In this document: piece after piece, positions 12,641-24,778 of the stretch
Layout of the letters: every line of letters begins with the position of its first letter
Numbering within the stretch: the stretch's first letter is position 1
NCBI RefSeq assembly: GCF_003918875.1
Contig: NW_025766989.1
Span: forward strand, 930,001 to 994,000
Source: Haliotis rubra
Taxonomy: Eukaryota
Length of the DNA: 64,000 nt
Direction of reading: 5' to 3'
The notes under the pieces: model-generated
Database searches by the model: none
Told to the model about the DNA's origin: nothing
What the model saw: only the letters and a program-made list of their open reading frames with translations
Made by a program: the position numbers and the translations under genes

Positions 12641-14385
12641 ACCGCACCTTGTACCCTCCCTCCAGCTAAAAGCACATTGAAGGTCCTCCGAACCAGCAGA
12701 ACCAAATAGCAGCAAAGAAGCGCAATATCCTAAGATTACCATCACAAACCATTTAAGGCTATACATACGACACCCGGTGTTGACAAAGCGGTTGAGAAAC
12801 CGGACACCCCGACCTAGAACCCGTAATATACATAATGCCATGCGAAAGCAATAAACGTCCCGAACTGTCCACGAATACCACTACCCACTCATCTGCCAGC
12901 CTTGCTCCCTCTGGACCCTCATGTCGCCCCCAGTGTCCCTCCCTTCCCCTCCCACACAATATGTTACCCTTTCCTCCTTCGAGCCCCTTCCGAGTCTCTT
13001 ATCTACCCCCTCCGAGCCTCAATATGCTCCAAAGCCTCCTTGCCCGCCTCCATCCTCCATCCGTCTCCTTGCCTCACTGGCTGCTGATGCAAGCAATTCC
13101 CGCTGGGCAATCTCCATGTCGAACGCGTGCGATAGGTCAAACGGCTAACAATTTGATCAACAGTCAATTGTTACCGAAATTAATTGGCCAATCGACTCAT
13201 TAGACCGCTTAATTCAAATCGGAAATTTAGCGTTTGTCCTAGTAACCATTTGCCGCTCATGAGCGTCCGGTGTGTCAAATTGCTATCGATCCTTGACGTA
13301 ATGGCGGCAACGTTAGCTCGTGGCCCTCGCTTTGCTCCGGCTGATAATCACGCGCCCGATAATGGGGAAAAACACCGTCGCACTTTGTGTCAGGAGCGGG
13401 GTGTTTGATAAGGATTTTCTCCTCCGGGGATTGTGAGCGGAAGAAGATGTTGTGTTCGATTTCCTTTGTGAGTTAACATGGTATACACTTTGCAAGATGG
13501 CCACGTCTCCACAGCTTGGTAATGGCGGGTCAGCGACTTGCAAACTGAATTATGGTGGGCCTGAAAATATGGGGACCGGTCTAATCATTTTAATAACCGG
13601 TTCGATAGGGATGATTTTATCAGATGAATTTTTGAAAGCTAATAGCATAGCATTAGCATGGTTCTTGAGATAATGCATCTTCCCAATTCGGGGTGCATGT
13701 GAAGAAATGGTTCCTGATTTTTCGAATTCGAGGTGCTGGAAACTTCCAACTTTTTAATATCTTTTAGAGTAAATAAAAGCGACAAGATCCTTACCATACA
13801 CATCAGAAATATTTGCTTTAAACAGATTGTGTAATTCCCGCTGCATCACGTACATGGTCAGTTAGACGCGAAATGGCGAGCATATGCTGCCCCGTCACCT
13901 TGATGCATAACATGACGTCGACCTTGACCTTAAACCGCGCCGTGTCCTACCGACAAATGAAGTTGGTGAGTATGTTTAACGCTGCTTTTCAAATACTATT
14001 CCAGCAATACGACAGCGTGGTCACATTGAAGGGGATTAGACAGTGCGACATCGGTGACGAGCAAACGTTTCAACCTTCTGGCTACCCCACCGCTCCATTT
14101 GAAGTTAGTGAGTATTATGTGTTGTAACAGTAACAACTAAATGTGACAATGGGGCTCACAACGACGACTCAGGTCATGACTTGTATTGCTTTTGGTAAAA
14201 GAAATGAACATCAACGCACACAATCGGTTCAATTCGGAAACCAAGCTGCTGTCTGGAGTAAAACGCTGAAGAAAGGTTCTCCGACCACGTCGCCAATACC
14301 CGATGTCGTCCCAGTCCCTTAAGAGCTCTTATTGCTGGTGGGTGGGCGGCGTGTGTAATGGAGGTGGGTGTGGGTTGTGTCGGTC

Positions 14386-14436
14386 TGGGGCGTGGGGCGT
14401 GGGGCGTGGGGACATGGGGCGTGGGACATGGGGCGT
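14386..14436 (+). repeat. (TGGGGCG)n 7-mer repeat, G-quadruplex-capable
   Basis: Seven G3-G4 runs separated by 3-4 nt loops. Confidence 0.85.
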
Positions 14437-15159
14437 GAAGTTGTGGGTAGTATGACCAACATGGTAAAATTACCAAGTATGGGTGGAGGAACCTGTTTAG
14501 TTCACATAGGAAACGAATGTGAATGTCAATGTGACATTGTGTCAATACCCATCCCATTTAAGTAGATACAATCATTTCATCAGTGTACCGACTAGCCCTA
14601 CTCTACTGTATGTACTTATACCGTCTATAAGGAGCCCGTGACATCCCGGGACATGACCCTGTTAGTATCAATAGATCCATCTCTACCCTCACTTCTGCCT
14701 ATTTCTAGATCACAACAACGGTAACATATAACTTAAACGCATTAGAATAGCCAGTCTTTATTATCTGTCGAAACAGATTTCATCAGCGTAAAATGCAAAT
14801 AGCTGTGACATTTTTATGGATATTATAAAACATGTTTACGAGTTCTAGATTAACCCACAAAGCACCAACACGTTCGTTATTGAAGTTGGAGTGTGTTTTG
14901 AGGGAATTGCTATAATAAGTCACTGTTCGAACCTAATGCTACATTATGTTATATTCATATGGCATGGGGATTACATAATGTATATGCCAGAGAGTGAGTA
15001 TGGTTATGTACTGAATATAATTATGTACTGGAAATGTGCCTTTACGAAAAGCATGGGTTACATGAAATCAATTGTAACCGGATCTTCACGGCTTAGTGTG
15101 CGTGCATGCATGCGTGTGCGTGTTAGTGTTCGGTCTGACCTACTTAACATATATTCCTT

Positions 15160-15320
15160 GTAAGATGCGACTGACGGGATGGTGTGGTTAGACTCGCTGA
15201 CGTGTTTGATGCAGATTGATGCTCATTATATTAACCACTGATTTGACTGATCCAGGCTCGATTTGATGACAGACTGATGTCATAAAGCGGGAATACTGCT
15301 TTGTTTGGCGTTCAACAAAG
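15160..15320 (+). mobile_element. Old diverged SINE family B copy
   Basis: gtaagatgcgactgacgggat...ctcgctgac...gattgatgctcat...ggaatactgct...ggcgttcaac aligns with the B consensus. Confidence 0.7.
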
Positions 15321-15736
15321 TGAGTGAGTATGGTTTTACGCCTCTTTTAGCAATATTCTATCAATATCACGGCGGGTGACACCAGAAATGGGGTTGGTCC
15401 CTGTCTGGCGATCGGTATTAATGGGTACAACAAGGACTGGTCGGCTCGGAGTCAGTATAATGTGTCTGAGTGGGGTATTCATGCTTCACTGCGACATGGT
15501 ATCTCAGTGGGCTAGCACTATGAAACCTGTCTAAGGGCTAGTACAAAAAGCCGCGCATACACATGCACACGCATGCACGTCGTCATATGAGCGAAATATT
15601 CTCAAGTACGACGTTAAACCCAGTTTCACCTCACCTCACCAGAAATGGGCTTCACACATTGTACCCATGTGGGAATCGAACCAGGGTCTTCGGCGTGACG
15701 AGCGAACGCTTTAACCACTAGGCTACCCCCGGCCCC
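15321..15736 (-). mobile_element. SINE family A, interrupted by a family C insertion
   Basis: TSD cgttcaacaaag (15309-15320 / 15736-15747); the two halves are contiguous once the insert is removed. Confidence 0.92.
15393..15636 (+). mobile_element. SINE family C (Meta-type), 5'-truncated, nested in family A
   Basis: Core ggactggtcggctcggagtcagtataatgtgtctgagtgggg...gctagcactat; TSD caccagaaatggg (15380-15392 / 15637-15649). Confidence 0.92.
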
Positions 15737-17041
15737 GTTCAACAAAGACCTAAAAATAAGAGTACATACTTTTGATGATAATTTGACAAGAACGTGTAGG
15801 CAACTATATACGTCTTAAAGCAGTGGTCATTTTTACCATGCCCTACAATGTAGTGTAACATTCATAACTGAAAACGAAAAAATACACACGGATAGAACTT
15901 TGAAATGAGCATCAATACATGGAACTGTTCGATTCCATCTGCCAGAAAATGGTAACTTTACGAAGGCATCTTACTCTGAGGGCCTCTGTCATTGAATAAC
16001 ATCTGCAGCACTATTAATGGCTGTTTTGACGTTTTGACAAAAGAAATGAGATTCATAGAAAAAATATAGTGTTTAATGGCAGATAATAAACGAAATTGAT
16101 TTTGCAAGCTAATGCCTCCTTCCTCCATCTCAGCGTTAATCCATGGGTTCCTGCTTCCGATGGCCATGTTTGCTTGTCGCTATAAAACTCCCTCGTCATT
16201 ATTTAAGAAGGCGAGTTTGTGGCAGGTCATTAACGGTATTTTCCGTCCGTTTCATGAGGAGTCCTACTTTTAGTACATCATAAATCTGACACGGGAAAAT
16301 AAAAACGAATATGGAGATGATGTGCTGATTAGCGTGTAATGAAGACGATTTCAGTTTATCTCAATTCCTAGAGAGTCGCGATCGACGTCCATCTATTGCG
16401 AGCTTAAACTAGAGTCTTTAGCGTCGCTCAGAGGATAAACATAATATGAAACATAAATTCCGTAATTTGGCTGTCAGGAGAGTGATTCCAACGATTTAAA
16501 GTTTTTATTTCTCAAACGTAAACTGGTAAATGGCTTTTTGATCGATCCACTTCAACTAAGTGTCTTGTTAAACACTATCAAATTCCGCGTATTATGCTCA
16601 GGTCTACTTAAGGCATGTTTACCTTCTTCTAATGTCACTTTATTTCTACTGAAACACACGATTCAAATATACACTGGTAATTTAGAGGTAAAGATTTTAC
16701 AATGTTTCTCTGTGAATCCTGATAAGTAAACGTATCATTTTGAACTATCGGAAAGAAATGTTTTCTGTACATAATGGAAATGAAAGAAGGCATTTTGATT
16801 AACCGGGAATCGATACACGTTCAAGGAATGCAGCATTGTGTGAATCACTGGAGAGTGCTGTATATAACATTTACATTATATCTTTTTTACGATGATATAA
16901 TTTTGTCTCCTTTATACGGCTTTCAATGCAGCGTTAAATATTAATTCTGCCATACACGTGGACAATAAGTGAATCTAATAGGCTCGTCAGAGGTTTCAAA
17001 TCGTAACAACAACCTCCAACTCCAACGTTTGCATCACCATA

Positions 17042-17313
17042 CTATAATCTACGTTTGTAACGAACATGTTTACAACGAACTGACGGATATTACGAAATAG
17101 TTTTGGTCCAGGACCTAGATTTTCGAAGCTCTCTTAGCGCTAAGATAGTCGTACGTTAATGTTAATGTATGGCACTTACGACTATCTTAGCGCTAAAAGA
17201 GCTTCGAAAATCTAGGCCCTGGCCTTTTGCTGTTTGTTTCATTCAGTGAACTACGGTTATAACGAAGTAAAATCAGTGGATTCACTGAAATTCGATACCA
17301 CCGTAGATTGCTG
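17042..17313. mobile_element. Decayed Tc1/pogo-like MITE hosting a younger palindromic MITE
   Basis: TA flanks; left tactataatctacg versus reverse complement of right tacagcaatctacg; internal taacgaa motifs. Confidence 0.6.
17112..17218. mobile_element. 107-bp palindromic MITE (PIF/Harbinger-like)
   Basis: ~43-bp near-perfect arms (g.cctagattttcgaagctctcttagcgctaagatagtcgta...), short spacer, flanked by CAG/CTG; near-identical copies at 62579-62686 and 63170-63276. Confidence 0.88.
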
Positions 17314-18739
17314 TATACGATTACTGTGGTGATATGTCTATAAAGGATCTTCTCATTTTGCTTCATTTCGAGCATCTACCATTCGGAACCTTCTCCCCTC
17401 CAGAACTGAAAGGTTCACCCACTCTCTCATCTAATACAAAACACTACGACCTGGTATGAAGTGTGCTCTTAATACCACGCCTTATATAATATTAACTCTT
17501 AAGCGCAATGAGCATTGACTTGTAAATTAAATTTGATGCAATCCATATGAAATTTTCCGTCTTCGTTATATATACGTTGAGGACAAGAAACACGCCAGAA
17601 ATCGACTAAAGGAGTCTATTTCACAAGGAACAAAGGAGAGCTTGAAAGATGGAATTGTCTGTGTCTGTGTCGTCATATCCTTTGCGTTACAATTACAGTT
17701 ACATCTTAAACTACAACTTTCAAGCTTAAACTACTTTCACAGATATGACCATTGGATGATGGTTATAATGCAGTTGAGCTGCACACTGAAATTGACTGAT
17801 ACAAAGATCTGGAAAAACAAAATGTTTTAAGAAATGAAGCACCACGTTTTGTACCATTGGTATTGGTGATTGCTCAACAAAGATCGACAAACCCACTGAA
17901 AACATTGGCCCATTCCGTTCACTCAATATTTTAGCTAACCTAAAGAGTTAGCGTTATGATGTGTCGTAGTAGAACAGTCAAGTCTAAAGTTGACCTGGCT
18001 CCTCTTTGAAAAACCCAAAACAAAAGAAAATCTAAAACAACAGATGTTTATCTCAAATGATGCTAAGTTATTGATGTACTTTGTTTCTTCCATTAGCATG
18101 AAACGTAGCCACGGGTAGATAAAATGAAATTTTCAACGGATAGTCACCCCTATTTTCCCAGGAATGGCTTGTTGCTGTAAAATAATGAAAATGGTAATGA
18201 AAATTAACTACCCCCACGCGATAAATAACTTGTAGATATTACCAACATAAATATGTGTCATAATCATGAGGAATCTCTGATAAGAGTAAATGGTCCTTTG
18301 TCAAGATTATATGACGCATTCAGGGACGTCACACTGACGTCTTTACCGATGTCAAACCTCTATGACGCCTTCGTTAACGTCCACTATATCTTGACCGTTG
18401 ACAACCTACGCATGTCGTTTCAAGGACAAGAATGTTATGGATGTTACTTGGGTATGAACTGGATTGTGTGAAATCATATCTACATCATATTGCTCAGTCA
18501 CAGAACTAATTTGTAAATTCTAAAATGTTGCTTGGCTGTGCACACATATTGTAGGTTAGCTGAAATTATATTGGACTAAAGTTTTAAACGTTTAGTTCTT
18601 CCCACTTGTTTTTAGTCAGAGCACAGACGTCTTACAAAACTATCCCATTTGTGAAATGTTCAGCTTTCTAACTCAAATATTCCTAAAACAGTTCTGACAA
18701 ATACTTCTTTTGTTTACAAATACTAGTAACACAGGAAGT

Positions 18740-18890
18740 GCTGTCACAGGATCCTATCTAGTCTGTCTCACAGTCCCTGAACCACATTATTTTCCCCAAT
18801 GCTTAGCCCTCCCTGCAGTGCTAAAGCCCTAAATGAAGCAAGTCTAGATTTCCTCAGGAATCTCTGGTCTCACTGGGGCTCCTTTTCAAT
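18740..18890 (-). repeat. Unclassified dispersed repeat; inverse copy at ~25860-26050
   Basis: Reverse complement gaaaaggagccccagtga...cctgaggaaatctagac...ttcatt.aggg.tt.ag.a.tgcag...gactgtgagacaga matches 25861-26046. Confidence 0.75.
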
Positions 18891-21800
18891 TTAAATGGTT
18901 GTTTTTGCTACTATCACAATTATATGTATTCAGGGACTAAACGTTAGTCTAGATCCTATCGTACTTACATCAGATTGATAACGATAATGTCAAGATTAAA
19001 CCCTTCGCTGATGTGTCTTATTATCAACATTTCATCAACAATTTTCATTATTGGTGATGTTATCGGTCCACAAACTGAAAGGTCGTTATTGTGTAAGGGT
19101 AATTACAGTAGACACCGTCAATCCAAAATTTATTTGGCTGATCAGTTCGACGACTCGACCCAAAGTGGTAGCCTTGAAATGATATTCTTATATGTTCATG
19201 AAAGTATATTAGGAAACTTTTTCAAATGTGGTATGAGCCATTACTCTTTCTATGAAAATGTCGATACATTAAATGCTCAAAGTGATAACGAAACGATTAC
19301 TTTAAATTGTATCATATCACATACAATCATTCAAAATGGTTGACACACTAAAGAATTCATGAGCGATAACTTGGTGCAACGATTATTTGGATTAGCTAAT
19401 AAATCACTCATCTAGATACTCCCTACTTCAAAACATAAAAAGTCAATAAAAACAAAAACGAAACAAATGGAAATATTTTACACGTTTTCTGAAAACCCAT
19501 TAAAATGATCATCAGTGAGATGGTCAGCATCAATCATGATTTAAAATTCATAAGGATTAAATACAAAGACACTTCTGTTCTTTAAAACAAGAATAATATT
19601 TGAGAAGAGTTTAAAAAACAGTTTTTTTAAAAAAAATTAAGAAACAAATATTCCTTAAGCACTGTTTTCCACTTAAGAATCCGTCTCTCGGTTTTGTGGC
19701 TATCATTACCGTGTTAGATATTGCCTAATCTTAATAACTAGTTATCTCAATAATTTAGTGTGGCGTTTTACAACTATATTGATAACCACGCAGTTACTGA
19801 AAGTGGAGTGACCAATCATCGTGGAAGTGATTTCAACTAATGTCATCAGTTTACATTAAGTCGATTCTTCTTTAATCTTGCATTTTTACGTAGTTGAACT
19901 GACATGACGAAGCAGTAGCTCACAATATTATCGGAAACAAATTGCCTTTTTTTCCTTGGCAAATAGCCGTGAATTCTCTTGACAGATCATGACGAATTCG
20001 TTTCATTTTCTCCGCGAAACTGTTCAACCGCTTTTGACGAATGGGTTCGAATTTTCCCTGCGAATGGAATTATTTTGATAAAAGCGATTTATATCATCAA
20101 CAATTTTCCATATTAAACCTTTGGGATTGCTGTCTTTGCCTCGATCCAATTTTCGAATTCGACCCCTAATTTTTGGAAGGAACACGAGATAAACTTTATT
20201 GTGTCCCCAAGTGACTTCATGGTATAGAAGAAGTGACCTGGGCCACCAATTTGCCGATAACGCCACGAATCGCCCAACGTACTTGGCGCAAAGCGTCGCC
20301 ATTATGCGCCCATTACAGTCAAAAGCGGGCCCAAATCGTTTTGAATTTGCTCCCCTCTGCTCCTAGATGGTATCAAATAATTAAGCTTTTGTTTGGGTTT
20401 ATAGGCTTAGAAGAGCGTTCTGGTATCACCCAATAATCTGCCACCATCTTCCGCGCCCGCACTGTCCTGAATAGGATACGTTCACAGTTTAAAAGGTTTC
20501 TCGGCGTATAAATGTGCAATTTCGGTGTAAGAAATAGAAAGATGAACTGTGGTTATTTCCATTAAACTCTTGCCAAAGAATTATAGGATATCATACAGTT
20601 TGGATAAAAGGTGAAAAGTCTTGCTATTAATTCCAAGTCCAGAAACGTAATAATTTTACTCTGTGTACTTCACACTTGCTCTTTCGGAGCGGACCGTATC
20701 ATTCCTGTGGAATTAGCCCTCTCGTCATGATCTCTCGATCATATACTGGCTGATAAATAGAACACAGAAAAGTTTCGCTGATGGTGAGTTGCAGCGCTCA
20801 ATAGATTACGTATATAGATAACTCATGTATCTTGTCAGCATCTTTCCAAGCTTTTTAAGTCAGAGAAACATCTTTTTTTTTTAAGTTCGGAAGTTTCTGT
20901 TTTTGGTTATACTTGCTTGAGTCTGTAAATCAGTTCTTAAATTTAATTTTTATTTAACTCTTTAGCTCTCCTGTTCAATCATGAATAACTTCTGTGACCG
21001 ATGGAGAAGCATACGCTCACCTATCCCGAACACCTGTTATCATCACTATTTGAGAGTGATTCCTAAACACAGGCCGATATAGTTGGAATCGTACAACTGA
21101 CTACTTGGGAAGCGATATCCTATGAAAATACGATCACCGCTTATATTTGGATACGTCTGAGAATTACGCTTTCTATTAATATCTATTTCAAGTATGTATT
21201 TTCATAAGAAACACAATCCAATCAACAAGAGCATTCATTACAAGAACATGAGCATACATTCGTTTACCTTCCCACATCAAATTTCTCCATGCCAGTTTAG
21301 TTTCCGGGAGAATGAGAGAATATCACATAAATAAATGCGACAAAACCTATTCCATATTCATTAGAAATCCTTCCTGAACTGAACGATTCCGACTACCACT
21401 ATATCAAGAGCATTCGTTTATGAATGACTATCAAACAACGATAATACAAAGCGTTTGTTCTAATGTACATTAACTGCAAACTATAGTCACAAATTTGATG
21501 TTCCTTTCTTTTAAGATAGCCCTGTTTGATTCTATAATGTATGTGTTGATCCAGATTTCTTCATGTAATATATGCATAGATACACCATTTGGGGAAATCT
21601 GTTTTAGGAAAAGGACCAGTTGTCTTTAAAATTTATATCGCAGACAGTCTGACGAGTGTAATATTATCTTCGAAGAAGTTCTTCAATTGAACCGTTAATG
21701 TAAACAACAGCCGTTCAGGATATGCTCGCCTTTTCGCGAACACCTGGTGTCATCGCTATTTCATAGTGATTCATAAACACATGCTGTGTCATCGGATCGC

Positions 21801-22305
21801 ATGGTAACAATCATTGGATTTGTCTGGTTCAGACTCGATTTGTTTACAAACAACATCGTACAGATATAGTACTGCTGAAACAAATATAATACTCACGATA
21901 CAGTCACAATTGTACAATCGACTCTGCTTTTAGCAGAGATTTCTTCTGGATGTGGAAAGGGTTTTGTCGCTTCTATTTGGCTTATGTCCTTATTTCAAAA
22001 GTATCACCAATCCTACAATAGGACAGTACAGGGTGTGACAACAACAAGAAGATTCCAATGAAGGTTTTAAGCTTGAGTTATCCTTACAGGATTTTATTCA
22101 TGATAAAGCTTTCGTAAATACTTAGCTTCTGGTGTATGTGATATCACATTTACCTTATCGCTGCCTTAAACAATCGACCTCGGACCTGGCAAATCTTTGA
22201 TCATGAATGAAAGAGATGTCAGGATTTTATGGCACACATTATATGAATATTATTGTTGCATAATTCAATTGACGTACTTTGTGCTTGTACAGGAATAACG
22301 TACAG

Positions 22306-22853
22306 CTTAAGAAATATATATGATTCATTACCAATTTAAGAAATATTTCTGATTCATTACCAATTTAAGAAATATTTCTGATTCATTACCAATTTAAGAA
22401 ATATTTATGATTCATTACCAATTTAAGAAATATTTCTGATTCATTACCAATTTAAGAAATATTTATGATTCATTACCAATTTAAGAATTACCAATTTAAG
22501 AAAGATGATTCATACCAATTTATGATTCATTACCAATTTAAGAAATGTTTCTGATTCATTACCAATTTGAGAAATATTTATGATTCATATTTATGATTCA
22601 TTACCAATTTAAGAAATATTTCTGATTCATTACCAATTTAAGAAATATTTATGATTCATTACCAATTTAAGAAATATTTCTGATTCATTACCAATTTAAG
22701 AAATATTTATGATTTATTACCAATTTAAGAAATATTTATGATTCATTACCAATTTAAGAAATGTTTCTGATTCATTACCAATTTAAGAAATATTTATGAT
22801 TCATATTTATGATTCATTACCAATTTAAGAAATATTTATGATTCATTACCAAT
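22306..22853. repeat. AT-rich minisatellite, 29-bp unit (aatttaagaaatattt[a/c]tgattcattacc), ~18 copies
   Basis: Direct tandem units with a few truncated copies; no spacers. Confidence 0.97.
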
Positions 22854-23348
22854 TATATTAGATTATATTATTCAGGAACAATAATACATAAGCAGAACAC
22901 ACAGAGATTTGTGTTTGTTCTTCCTGAATACTAATCTGAGACAAATGGTCTTATTGCTATTTGACTGAATATCCATCATTCGATATCTTGTTTGTATTAA
23001 CCTCAATATTAAACTGATGATATTTCATAATATGCATGTTTCATAATCACAGGAAACAAATAGCTATGATGAGCATAAGCGAGTGTTATCAATATGATTA
23101 TCTACTTGTCTTATATGTCAATGAACAGAAAGTGGAAATATGCATGGAATCAATATATCTATGGAGTATTATAGTACAATTGATATATGTGAACACGATG
23201 TTATAGGAAATGGTTAATACATTAATGGGTACCAAAACAGTAAATGTAGAAAAGAACTCAAAATAATTCAGATTTCATGAAATATACGAATTCTGTCCAG
23301 GGTATAAAGGCTCCGAGTGACTTTTTCTCGCTCAAGACGAAAGGAACA

Positions 23349-23735
23349 NNNNNNNNNNNNNNNNNNNNNNNNNNNNNNNNNNNNNNNNNNNNNNNNNNNN
23401 NNNNNNNNNNNNNNNNNNNNNNNNNNNNNNNNNNNNNNNNNNNNNNNNNNNNNNNNNNNNNNNNNNNNNNNNNNNNNNNNNNNNNNNNNNNNNNNNNNNN
23501 NNNNNNNNNNNNNNNNNNNNNNNNNNNNNNNNNNNNNNNNNNNNNNNNNNNNNNNNNNNNNNNNNNNNNNNNNNNNNNNNNNNNNNNNNNNNNNNNNNNN
23601 NNNNNNNNNNNNNNNNNNNNNNNNNNNNNNNNNNNNNNNNNNNNNNNNNNNNNNNNNNNNNNNNNNNNNNNNNNNNNNNNNNNNNNNNNNNNNNNNNNNN
23701 NNNNNNNNNNNNNNNNNNNNNNNNNNNNNNNNNNN
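23349..23735. other. Assembly gap (387 N)
   Basis: Run of N. Confidence 1.
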
Positions 23736-23910
23736 TATGAATTAGCACCGGTCTTTGGAAGATGTGTGAAAAACACGACTGGTACAAGAATGGGTCACTA
23801 ATCACATGGGACGTGGCTTGTTTATGGGACAATTGTATAAACATTTAACACCAACCACATACCTAACATGATTACAGCACAGAGTACACGACTCTCGTCT
23901 GTGGGACAAC

Positions 23911-24010
23911 CTGTCTCATAATGTTCACCATTGTGTCTCATAATGCTCACTGCTGTGTCTCGTAATGGTCAGTGCTGTGTCTCATAATGCTCACCAGCAT
24001 CTCTCATAAA
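23911..24010. repeat. 22-bp tandem repeat (gtgtctcataatgctcactgct) x ~4.5
   Basis: Seen directly. Confidence 0.85.
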
Positions 24011-24231
24011 CATGGAAGCGAATGTACGTGCCGCAAATGGAGATGGGATTAATGTGATTTATATCATACCAAGCAGAATATCGAACAGGGGCACACTCAG
24101 AAGCATAACAACAGATAGGATTGGTATTTTTGTTGTTAATATTTCATTTTTCATTCATTCGATCATTTTCAGCTTCCTTTCATTTTGGTCATTCAATCAA
24201 TTCTTCGTAATTTATTCATTCATGTAGTTTA

Positions 24232-24778
24232 ACTTTCATCATTCATCCACTTTTCCTCATGTATTCTTTTAGATATAATTTCAATACTTATCCACTTTTC
24301 ATCATTTAGTCATTCAGATATAATAGTTTTCATCATTCATCCACTTTTCATCATTTAGTCATTCAGATATAATAGTTTTCATCATTCATCCACTTTTCAT
24401 CATTTACTCATTCAGATATAATAGTTTTCATCATTCATCCACTTTTCATCATTTACTCATTCAGATATAATAGTTTTCATCATTCATCCACTTTTCATCA
24501 TTTACTCATTCAGATATAATAGTTTTCATCATTCATCCACTTTTCATTATTTAGTCATTCAGATATAATAATTTTCATCATTCATCCACTATTCATCATT
24601 TACTCATTCAGATATAATAATTTCATCATTCATCCACTTTTCATCATTTACACATTCAGATATAATAGTTTTCATCATTCATCCACTTTTCATCATTTAC
24701 TCATTCAGATATAATAGTTTTCATCATTCATCCACTTTTGATTATTTAGTCATTCAGATATTTAGTTTTCACCATTCA
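24232..24778. repeat. Minisatellite, 49-bp unit (cattcagatataatagttttcatcattcatccacttttcatcatttact), ~11 copies
   Basis: Unit starts at 24311, 24360, 24409 (period 49). Confidence 0.97.

Noticed and set aside
12835-13203. Pro/Ser-rich 122-aa ORF
   Set aside because: All three plus frames are open because of C/T skew; no family signature.
22306-22853. 29-bp repeat array as CRISPR
   Set aside because: Units abut with no unique spacers, there are no cas genes, and the context is eukaryotic; the same applies to the 49- and 58-bp arrays.
23258-23844. Four long ORFs
   Set aside because: Artefacts of the N gap.
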